Below are positions 1-10,600 of a stretch of DNA of 64,000 nucleotides, piece by piece. The translations under genes were made by a program, and so were the position numbers. Under the pieces are notes generated by a model. That model did no database searches. It saw only the letters and a list, made by a program, of their open reading frames with translations, and was not told where the DNA came from. The first letter of the stretch is position 1. Every line of letters begins with the position of its first letter. This DNA comes from Camelus dromedarius (taxonomy: Eukaryota): positions 90,522,001 to 90,586,000 of the forward strand of contig NC_087436.1 of the NCBI RefSeq assembly GCF_036321535.1, read 5' to 3'.

Positions 1-149
1 TATACCTTGTTGGGTAAGGGCCTATATCTTCTCACTATTCATCCAGTAAAATGTAACTTTCTTAGAGAAAGATATTCTTACATAATACAACTCAACCAAG
101 TAATAGCACATATCCTGAATATTCCTATAAATGCTTTAAAAATTAATCT

Positions 150-1463
150 TTTTAACATTTTTTATTGATTTATAATCATTTTACAATGTTGTGTCAAATT
201 CCAGTGTAGAGCACAATTTTTCAGTTATACATGAACATATATATATTCATTGTCACATTTTTTTCTCTGTGAGCTACCATAAGATCTTGTGTATATTTCC
301 CTGTGCTTTACAATATAATCTTGTTTATCTATTCTACAATTTTAAAATCCCTTCCCACCCTCCACCCCCTTGGCAACCACAAGTTTGTATTCTATGTCTA
401 TGAGTCTGTTTCTGTTTTGTATTTATGCTTTGTTTTTTTGTTTTTGTTTTTTTAAATTCCACATATGAGCGACCTCATACAGTATTTTTCTTTCTCTTTC
501 TGGCTTACTTCACTTAGAATGACATTCTCCAGGAGCATCCATGCTGCTGCAAATGGCATTATGTTGTCAATTTTTATGGCTGAATAGTATTTAATTGTAT
601 AAATATACCACTGCTTCTTTATCCAGTCATCTGTTGATGGACATTTAGGCTGTTTCCATGTCTTAGCTATTGTAAATAGTGCAGGTGTCATCCTGAAGTA
701 GGGTTCCTTCTGGATATATGCCCAGAAACGGGATTCCTGGGTCATACAGTAAGTCTATTCCTAGTCTTTTGAGGAATCTCCATACTGTTTTCCATAGTGG
801 CTGCACCAAACTGCATTCCACCAGCAGTGTAGGAGGGTTCCCTTTTCTCCACAGCATCTCCAGCATTTGTCATTTGTGGACTTTGGAATGATGGCCATTC
901 TGGCTGTTGTGAGTTGATACCTCATCATAGTTTTGATTTGCATTTCTCTGATAATTAGTGATATTGAGCATTTTTTCATGTGCTTATTGATCATTTGTAT
1001 GTCTTCCTTAGAGAATTGCTTGTTCAAGTCTTTTGCCCATCTTTGGATTGGGTTGTTTGGTAGTATCTTATTAAGTCATATGAGCTGCTTATATATTCTA
1101 CAGATCAAGCCTTTGTTGGTTTCATTTGCAAAGATTTTCTCCCATTCCGTAGGTTGTCTTTTTGTTTTACTTATGGTTTCCTTTGCTGTGCAGAAGCTTG
1201 TAAGTTTCATTAGGTCCCATTTGTTTATTCTTGCTTTTATTTCTTCTAGGAGAAAATTTTTGAGATGTATGTCAGATAATGTTTTGCCTGTATTTTTTTC
1301 TAGGAGGCTTATTGTATCTTGTCTTATGTTTAAGTCTTTGATCCATTTTGAGTTTATTTTTGTGTGTGGTGTAAGGGAGTGTTCTAGCTTCATTGCTCTA
1401 CATGCTGCTGTCCAGTTTTCCCAAAACCATTTGCTGAAGAGACTGTCTTTATTCCACTGTATA
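150..1463 (-). mobile_element. Young lineage-specific L1, 5'-truncated (ORF2 C-terminal part + 3'UTR)
   Basis: Minus ORFs give [44 protein letters not shown] and SLICGI. 12-bp TSD aaaaattaatct at 138-149 and 1464-1475. Short poly(T) at ~150. Confidence 0.95.
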
Positions 1464-1746
1464 AAAAATTAATCTATGTTTTAATACCTTCCAAGAGATA
1501 AAACTTAAGACTCAGATACTTTTTGCTAGTAAATTCTACCAAGCATTAAAAGAAGAAATAACACCAATATAATATAATCTCTGCAAGGAAATAAAAGAGG
1601 AGGGAACATTATTTTAAAACCTGAAGCAAAAACATCACAAGAAAAGGCCAATATACTTTTTGGACATAGATCCAAATATCTTCAATAAAATATTTGCAGA
1701 TCAATCCAAAAATACATAAAAAGAATAGTAAATCAAGACTAAGTGA

Positions 1747-3043
1747 TTTTGATTTGCATTTTCCTTGTGATTACTGATGTTAAGCACTTTTTCATATACT
1801 TGTTGATCATTGGTTTGTCCTGTTTGAATAAATGTCTGTTCAGGTCCTATGCTCATTTTTGAATTGGTTTACTTAATTGGCTTTTTTTTTTTTTTTTTTT
1901 TTTTGCTATTTAGTTGTAGGTGTTTCTTATATTCTTTGTATGTTAACTCCTTATCAGATATAGGGTTTATGACTATATTCTCCCATTCCATAGGTTATCT
2001 TTTTGCTCTGTTGATTGTTTCTTTTACTGTGCAGGAGATTTTTGTAGTTTGATGTAGTCGTACTTGTATAACTTTTCTTCTTTTTTTTTAATCTATGCTT
2101 TTTTGTGTCATAACTAAAAAATCCTTGCCAAGATGAATATAAGGAAGGTTTTCCAATATGTTTTCATCCAGTTTTGTAATTTAAATTCTAATGTTTAAAT
2201 AATTAATCCATTTTGAGTTAAATTTTGTGTATGGTTGAAGGTAAGAGTTGGTCCACTTTCATTCTTTTGCACGTGGATATCCAGTTTTCTCACTATCATT
2301 TGTTGAACATTGTATCCTTTCCCAATTATTTATTCTTGGCTCCTTTGACATAGATCAGGGATATGTGTCAGTTTATTTCTGAATCTTGTATTCTATTTTA
2401 TTTCTCTATATGTCTGTCTCTATACCAGGACATGTAAAATGGTACAGCTTCTATGGAAAACATTATGTAGGTTCCTTGGAAAATTAAAAATAAAATTAAT
2501 ATAAGATCTAGCAATCCTTCTTCTGGGTATAAATTCTAAACAATTGAAATGAGGATCTCAGAGAGATATTTGTACTCATGTTCATTGCAGCAATATTCAC
2601 TATTGCCAAGGTATAGAAAGAACTTAAATGTCCACTGACAGATGAATGGATGAAGAAAATATTATATATGCATACCATAGAATATTATTTAGCCTTAAAA
2701 GAGAAGGAAATCCTGCTATATGCATATACATGGGTAACTTTGGAGGAGATTACAGGAACTCAGTAACAGAAGAGCAGTTATTGCATGAGTCCACTTCTCT
2801 GAGATATCTAAAATATTCATACTCATAGAAACAGAATAGAATAGTGGCTAGGACTGGGAAAAGGAAGAAATGAGGAATTGTAGGTCAACATGTACAAAGT
2901 TTCAGGTATACAAAATGAATAAGTTCTAGAGATCTGCTCTACAATATAATGCCTATAGTTAACAATACTATTTTGTACACTTAAAATTTTGTTAAAATGG
3001 CAGATCTCATGTTAAGTGTTATTACCACTATTTAAAAAATAAA
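1747..3043. mobile_element. 5'-inverted (twin-primed) L1, L1MA9/10-L1MB-like 3'UTR; inverted part 1747-~2428 (-), direct part ~2429-3043 (+)
   Basis: Minus-strand ORF2 running from the EMQIK region back to the WYWY region abuts plus-strand atgtaaaatggtacagcttctatggaaaac ([13 protein letters not shown]) and a 3'UTR ending in an A-rich tail. TSD aagactaagtga (1735-1746) vs aagattaaatga (3044-3055), two transitions. Confidence 0.85.
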
Positions 3044-5409
3044 AAGATTAAATGAGGTTTATTCAGAAATCCAAGGTTGGCTTGACATTCAAAATTTAGT
3101 CCATCATATTATTTAATATTTTCCATCATTTACCAAACTAAAGAAGAAATAGTACATTATCATATCAATGGATACTGAAAAAGCCTTTGATAAAATCTAA
3201 CATTCATTCATGATAAAAACTCACAGAAGGCTAATAAAGTGGCTCTACAAAAACAAACAAAAGCAAACAATGTAGTTAATGGTGAAAGAATGAATGCTTT
3301 CTCCCTAAAATTGGGAGCAAGGCAAGGGTGTCTACTCTCATCTATCCTATTCAATATTATAATGGAATTTCTTGTGAGAAAAATAAAAGTCTAGTCATTG
3401 GAAAGAAAGGAGTAAAATCTTCTACACAGTATCTGTAAAACCTATCATATGCTAATGAAAAATACCAAAGTGGACCTAAATAAATTAGGAGACATACCAT
3501 GATCCTATATTGGAAGATGATATAGTTTCAAAAGAAGTATTTCCCCAATTGATATGTACATTTAACACAATTCAGATCAAATTCCAGAAATCTTTATTAG
3601 GGTATTGATATTCTGATTGCAAACCTTATATTGCAAGTTAAAGATCTAGAGAAATGGAAGCAATTTTGAGAAATAACAAAACCAGTGGGATGGCAGCCCC
3701 TGAAAAAGGCAGGGTGTGGCAGCCAAACAGGTGAAAGGCTAGCCCTACCTGTTAGCACACCCATAGTTCTTGGCCCTGCTACAAGAAAAGGACTGATTTG
3801 GCCCCAGCCCACATAGAGGCACTCGTAGAGCATATAGCTCTGGTGACCAGAGGAAAATGTGCTGCTGGGCCCTATTGGAAGATCAGGAAACATAACTGAT
3901 TTACCTAATACATAGAAACAAAAACAGAGTATTAGGCAAGATTGGGTGACAGAGATGTATATCCCAAATGAGGGAACAAGATAAAACCCCAGAGGAACTA
4001 AGCAAAAGAGAGATAAGCAGTCTACTCAAAAGGGGTTCAAAGTAATGAACATAAAATTGCTCACTGAACTTAGGCAAAAAATGGATGAACAGAGTGAGCA
4101 ATTTAACTAAGAAATAGGAAGTATAAAGAAGAATCAAACACAGCAGAAGAATATAACTGAAATAAAAATACACTAGAAGGAATCAACAGTAGATTAAATG
4201 ATAGGAATGGAACAGTGAATTTGAAGCTAGAGTAATGGAAATCACCCAAACTGAACAGAAAAAAGAAAAAAATAATTTTTAAACTGAGGATAGTTTAAGA
4301 GACCTCTGGGACAATAACAAGCATACTTACATTTGCATTATAGGGGTCCCAGAAGGAGATGAGTTAGGGAAAGGAGCAGAAAACTTACACAAAGAGATAC
4401 TAGCTAAGCTTTCTCCTGCAACCTAGTAAAGGAAACAGGCATCCAGATCCAGGAGTCACAGAGAGTCCTAAATAAAATCAACAAAAAGAGGTCTACTCCA
4501 AGACACATTGTAATTAAGATGGCACAATTTAAATATAAAGAGAGAATCTTAAAAACAGCAAAGAAAAAGACACTAGTTAAAACAAAGAAACTCCCATAAG
4601 ACTGTCAGTGACTTTTCAGCAAAATGTTTAGGCCAGAGGGAGTGGCATGATATAGTTAAAGTGAAAAGAAAAATCTTGCAACCAAGCATACTCTACCTGG
4701 AAAGACTGTACTTCAGAGTTGAAGAAGAGGGAAAAAATTTAAAGAAAATCAAAAGCTTAAAGAGTTCAGCACCACTAAACTGGCTAAGTAAGAATTGTTA
4801 AAGGGACTTCTTTAAGTAGGGAAAGAAAATTACCACAACTAGAAATATAAAAATTAAGAAAGGATAAATCTCATTGGTAAAGTAAAAAATACAGTAAACA
4901 TAGAAGATGAACCACTTATAAAGCTAGTAGAAAGTTTGAAAGACAAAAGTAGTAAATCATTTATAACAACAATAGGTAGTTAAGAGATAAACAAAACAAA
5001 GATATGTAATAAATTACAAGTGTGTCAGGGGAAAATGCAGATTGGTTAAAATGTGTTCAAACTTGAGATCATGAATTTAAAATAATATATATGTAAAACT
5101 ATATATAATTATACATAAAAATTAAGTATAGATATATATATAGTTATATATAAACCTCATGGTAACTACAAACCAAAAATCTATAATAAATATACATAAA
5201 AATCAGAAAAAAATCCAAACATAGCACTAAAGATATGTGTCAAATCACAAAGGAAGAGAGCGAAATAAAAAGGATAAAAAAATAACTACAAAAACAACCT
5301 GAAAAAAATTTAAGAAAATGGCGACAAGTATATATTTATCAATAATTACCCATATACATGCTGCCTGCAAGAGACTTTCTTCAGATCTGAAAACACATGC
5401 AGACTGAAT

Positions 5410-6749
5410 ACAACAAAGCAAGATGGCGGAGTAGAAGGACATTTGTAGCTCACCCTCTGCCACAAATACACCAAAACTCACATCTACGGACCTACTCAGC
5501 CAATCAGAGCACCTGCCGAACTCCAACAGAACATCGCCCTCTTCGAAAGACAAAGATGCCAAAAATCTGGTAGGAGAAAAGGAAAAAAGAAAGAAGAAAA
5601 AGCAAAACAGTGCGGGACCGATCCTGCACGGAGGGAGCGGCAAAGGAGGACTGGCGCTTGTTCGCTGGGTCTCCCCCTCCAACGGAGAGGCCAGCGGGAC
5701 GGAGGGGTAGCCTCCGAGGCTCAGATCTGCCCTGAGCACCCTTTTACCGACAGAACTGAGTTAAATGGGCACAAAGGGTCCCTGCAACACCAAGCCCGAG
5801 ACGCGAGCCAGCAGCTGGGGCCAGGACAGGCTGCCCAAGCCGGGCGGACTGGAGCAGCTGCACTGAGCAGCCCTGGAGGACTTCAGGGGGCTGAGCACCA
5901 TGGCTGGGAGGGGATTACAGAGCAGAACAACCTCGGTCCCCCAAAAATTGCATAAAAAGGGAAGCAACACGGCTGGTGTGCCCTGGGGGGAGGGGCGCCA
6001 TAGCCTTTGTCTCCTCAGACCTGTGCTGCCATTACTAGCACTTCTTGTGAGAAGAGAGGCAGGGCGCAGACACAGCCGCCATCTCCTTCTGTGCACAGCA
6101 CCCGGGCGGGGGTGAGGCCGAGACCTAAATCTGCACCCAGGGGCTCTGCAACCTCCTAGGCAGGACTGAGACTTGTTTACAGTATGAGGCATTTAGGATC
6201 TTTCTGCCCTGGCACCTCAGAGACCTTACACTGCCAAGACAAACAAGGAGCTGGGATTTGGCACAGAGCAGGGGCGGGGCCGTTCTGCAGTCTTCCCCAA
6301 GTCTGCCTTCAGAGCACCTACCCGAGGAGGAGCAGGCAGCTGCACAGAGCAGCGGAGCTTCTGGCACCAGGAGAGGGCTGGTGGCAACCCGCTTTCCTGG
6401 CAGGAACACAGCACCTGACCACAGTGCTAGGAGGGGGCGTGATCCACCCACCTGCCTCGCCTGAGCACAGCATCTGACTGCAGCATTGGGAGGGGGAGTC
6501 ACCCGGCCGCCCACCCACCAGGTAAGAGCTCAGCACCTGACCCAGTGTTGGGAGGGGGTGCAGTCTGCTAGGCTACAGCCACTGGGAGCATCACAGATGA
6601 GGGCGCCAACAGAGGGCCTCTGGAAACAGCAAGCTGAGTTCACAAAACAGGGCAAAGACACAAAGACCTCTCAATAAAATCATTAAGAGCGTATCGTCTC
6701 CAGGAGAACTAGATAACTAATATTCCTTAAGCCACAGTGCCAGAGAGAT
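5410..6749 (+). promoter_or_regulatory. L1 internal Pol II promoter / CpG-rich 5'UTR
   Basis: YY1 core (aagatggcg) at ~5420-5428, GC boxes (ggggcggggc ~6271-6280), the highest CpG density in the window, and position upstream of ORF1. Confidence 0.75.
6406..6595 (+). repeat. Three diverged ~60-bp tandem monomers in the L1 5'UTR
   Basis: cagcacctgacc...ggagggggcg at 6409, cagcatctgactg...ggagggggag at 6468 and cagcacctgacc...ggagggggtg at 6531 (periods 59 and 63 bp). Confidence 0.85.
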
Positions 6750-7629
6750 ATGAGCAATATAGCAGAGAAACCACTCCCAATTAAAAGAACAATAGAAAAC
6801 CCCTGAAAGAATGATCAAGGAAATAGACAATGATGGCCTAGTAGATCAAGATTTCAAAAAAGGAATGATCAAAATACTGAAGGAACTAAAAGAAATAGTG
6901 TTTAGAGATATAAAATATGTCAAAAACGAAATAGAAGCTATAAAGAACCAAGTAGAATTAGTAAACTCATTTGCTGAGATGAGAGCTGACCTAAAGGCTG
7001 TACAAAGCAGGCTAGATAATGCAGAGGAACGAATAAGTGACCTAGAAGACAGGACAACAGAAAGCACCCAATCAGAACGGCTGAGAGAAAAACAAATAAA
7101 AAAAAATGAAAACAATATAAGGAACCTATGGGATAATATAAAGCATGCCAATTTACACATAATAGGGGTTCCAGAAGGGGAAGAAAGAACAAAGGGGATT
7201 GAAAAGGTATTTGAAGAAATCATGACTGAAAACTTCCCAAACCTAAAGATATCCAAGTACAGGAGGCTCGGAGGATCCCAAACAGCAAGAACCCAAACAG
7301 ACCCACAGCAAGACATATCTAATCAAGATGGCCAGAGTCAAGGATAAAGAAATGATCTTAAAGGCAGCAAGAGAAAAACAAAGAGTTACAAGGGAACCCC
7401 CATAACACTCTCAGCTGATTTCTCTACACAAACACTACAGGCCAGAAGGGAGTGGCAAAATATATTCAAAGTCCTGAATGAAAAAAAGATACAGCCTAGG
7501 ATACTCTATCCAGCAAGGCTATCCTTTAGAATAGAAGGAGAGATAAAGAACTTCACAGACAAGCAAAAACTAAAAGAGTTTAGCAACACTAAACCCATGC
7601 TAAAAGAAATATTGACAGGCCTACTCTAA
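6750..7629 (+). pseudogene. L1 ORF1p (RNA-binding chaperone), disrupted
   Basis: ORF 6811-7347 has a coiled coil followed by RNLWDNIKHANLHIIGVPEGEE...FEEIMTENFPNL. C-terminus KQKLKEFSNTKPMLKEILTGLL* ends 7629. Frameshift near 7247 and lesions near the 6750 ATG. Confidence 0.92.
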
Positions 7630-10600
7630 ATAGAAAAGAAGCAGGATGCTACAAAAATGAGAAACTCATAACTGGAAAGGAGATAACTGCTATGAATTAC
7701 AAAAAGAATAAACACAAAATTGTAAAAGAAGACATCTATATCATTAAGAGTGGGAGAGGGAAGCAAGGAAAGCCACTGTGGAAAACAGTATGGGGTTTCC
7801 TCAAAAGACTAAGAATAGACTTACCATAGGACCCAGGAATCCCGCTCCTGGGCATATATCCAGAAGGAACCCTACTTCCAAATGACACCTGCACCCCAAT
7901 GTTCATACCAGCACTATTTACAGTAGCCTCGGCATGGAAACAGCCTAAATGTCCATCAACAGATGACTGAGTAAAGAAGATATGGTATATTTATATGATG
8001 GAATACTATTCAGCCATAAAAACCGACAACATAAAGCCATTTGCAGCAACATGGATGTTCCTGGAGAATGTCATTCTAAGTGAAGTAATCCAGAAGGAGA
8101 AAGAAAAATACCATATGAGATCACTCATATGAGGAATCTAAAAAACAAACAAACAAAAAACTAAGATACAAAACAGAAACAGACTCATAGACATAGAATA
8201 CAATCTTGTGGTTGCCAAGAGGGCGGGGGGTGGGAAGGGACAGACTGGGATTTTAAAATGCAGAATAGATAAACAAGATTATACTGTATAGCACAGAGAA
8301 GTATATACTAGATCTTGTGGTAGCTCATAGCAGTAAAAAAAATGTGACAATGAATATATATATGTTCATGTATAACTGAAAAATTGTGCTCTACACTAGA
8401 ATTTGACACAACATTGTAAAATGACTATCACTAAATTAAAAAATGTAAAAAAACCACGCAGACTGAATGTGAGTGGATGTAAAAACATATTTCATGCAAG
8501 TAGATACAAATAGTAATCTGGAGTAGCAATACTTATAACTGACAAAATAGGCTTTAAAACAAAGACTGTATAATAAAAGCAAAGAAAGATATTACATAAC
8601 CATCAAGGAATCAGTTTAACAAGAAAGAAGATATATCCCAAAATGGGAGTATCTAAATACATACAGCAAATACTAACAAATAAAAAGAGAGAAATTCACA
8701 CTATCACAATATTAGTAGGGAATTTAACATCCCACTTACATCAATGGACAGATCATCCAGAGAGAAAATCAATAAGGAAACACTGGTGTCAAATGACACA
8801 TTAAAACATTATATATATATATAAAATCTATTCAAAAAAAGCAAAATACACATTTTTCAAGTGCACATGGAATATTCTCCAGGATAGAGCACATGCTGCA
8901 TCACAAAACAAGTCTCAGTAAGTTTAAAAAGATTGAAATCATATTAAGCAACTTTTCCGACCACAGTGGTATAAGACTAGAAATCAACTACAAGATAAAC
9001 ACTGCAAAAGACATAAACATGTAGAGGCTAAAAAAATATTCTACTTAGTAACCAATGGGTCACTGAAGAAATCAAGGGGGGAACTGAAAAACACCCAGAG
9101 ATTAATTAAAATAGAAACACAGTGATCTGAAATCTATGGGATGTAGCAAAATCAGTTCTAATAAGGAAGTTTATAGCTTTCGTGTATGCCTACGCCTCAT
9201 GAAACAAACAAAAAAATCTCAAATAAAGTTAGTAAAGGAAAGAGATAAAGGTCAGAGCACAGATAAATAAAACAGAGAAACAGATCATTGAAACCAGGAG
9301 CTGGTCCTTTGAAAAGAGAAACAAAATAGATAAACCTTTAGCCAAACGTATGAAGAAAAAACAGAAAATAATATAAAATCAAATTGAAAGAGAAGTTACA
9401 GCTGATGCCACAGAAATACAGAGGATCATAAGAGATTACTATGAACATTTATATGGCCATAAAATGGACAACCTAGGAAAAAATGAGTAAATTCCTAGAA
9501 ACATACACTCCTCCAAGACTGAATCAGGAAGAAATAGAAAATATAAACAGACCAATTACCAGTAATTAAATTGAATCAGTAATAAAAGTACTCTCAACCA
9601 AGAAAAGTCCAGGACCAGACAGCTTCACAGGTCAGTTCTACCAAACATTTTAAAGAAGAGTTAACATCTTCCTGAAGCCATCTTCCAAACATCTTCCAAA
9701 AATTGTAGAGGAAGGAACACTTCCAAACTCATTCTAGGAAGCTGCCATTACCCTGATACCAACACTAGACAAAGACATCACATAAGAAGAAAATTACAGT
9801 CCAATATCACTGATGAACATAGATGCAAAAATCCTCAACAGCATACCAGCAAGCCAAATCCAGCACTACATTAAAAGGATCATACACCATGATCAAGTGG
9901 TGTTTACCCCAAGGATGCAAGGACTTTTCAATGTCTGCAAATGTATCAATGTGATACACCACATTAACCAACTGAATAATAAAAACCATGTGATATCTTA
10001 GTCGATGCAAAAAAAAAAAATTTGATAAAATTCAACATCTATTTATGGTTAAAAAAACACTATCCAGAAAGTCCAGAAAGTAGACGTAGAGGGAACATAC
10101 CTCAACATAATAAAAGCCATATATGACATACCCACAACTAACATCATACTCAGCAGTGAAAAGATGAAAGCATTCCCTCTAAGATCAGGAACAAGACAAG
10201 GATGTTCACGTCCACCACTTTTATTCAACATAGTTTTGGAAGTCCTACCATGGCAATAAGACAAGAAGAAGAAATGAAAGTATCCAAACTGAAAAGGAAG
10301 AAGTAATATCATCACTATTTGCAGATGATATAATACTATATATAGAAAACCCTAAAGACTCCACTGCAAACCTTTTAAATTAATAAATGAATTCAGTAAA
10401 GTTGCAAGATACAAAATCAGTTGACAGAAGCCTGTGATGATTCTTTACACTAATGATGAACTAACAGAAAGAGAAACTAAGAAAACAGTTCCATTTACAA
10501 TTGCATCAAAAGATTAAAATACCTAGGAATCAATCAAACCAAAGAAATGAAAGACCTGCACACTGAAAACTATAAGACATTGATGGAAGAAACTGAAAAA

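Larger units (their letters stand above)
5410..8454 (+). mobile_element. Young internally deleted L1 derivative: 5'UTR + ORF1 + partial spacer fused to last ~370 nt of ORF2 + 3'UTR (no EN/RT)
   Basis: Starts with caagatggcgg (YY1-type L1 start). GC/CpG-rich UTR to ~6750, ORF1 6750-7629, junction at 7770/7771 to agccactgtggaaaacag (QPLWKTVW). 3'UTR is the same family as 150-1463 and 27568-29264. TSD core catgcagactgaat (5396-5409) vs cacgcagactgaat (8455-8468). Confidence 0.93.

Noticed and set aside
191..403. ORF sharing 51 identical N-terminal residues with ORF 27616-27963, looking like a duplicated gene
   Set aside because: Both are antisense readings of the same young L1 3'UTR, and both start at GTG.
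933..1472. 179-aa hydrophobic ORF resembling a membrane protein
   Set aside because: It is the antisense frame of A-rich L1 ORF2. The same applies to 6846-7316, 21028-21303, 28410-29094 and 51465-51764.
5245..5739. 164-aa minus ORF
   Set aside because: It starts at GTG, crosses the insertion junction between two different L1s and has no recognisable domain.
6406..6595. Repeat-spacer-like periodicity suggesting a CRISPR array
   Set aside because: This is mammalian DNA; the units are diverged along their whole length and sit in an L1 UTR, with no cas genes.
5420..6610. CpG-island-like region as a host gene promoter
   Set aside because: It lies wholly inside the TSD-bounded L1 derivative and is its 5'UTR.
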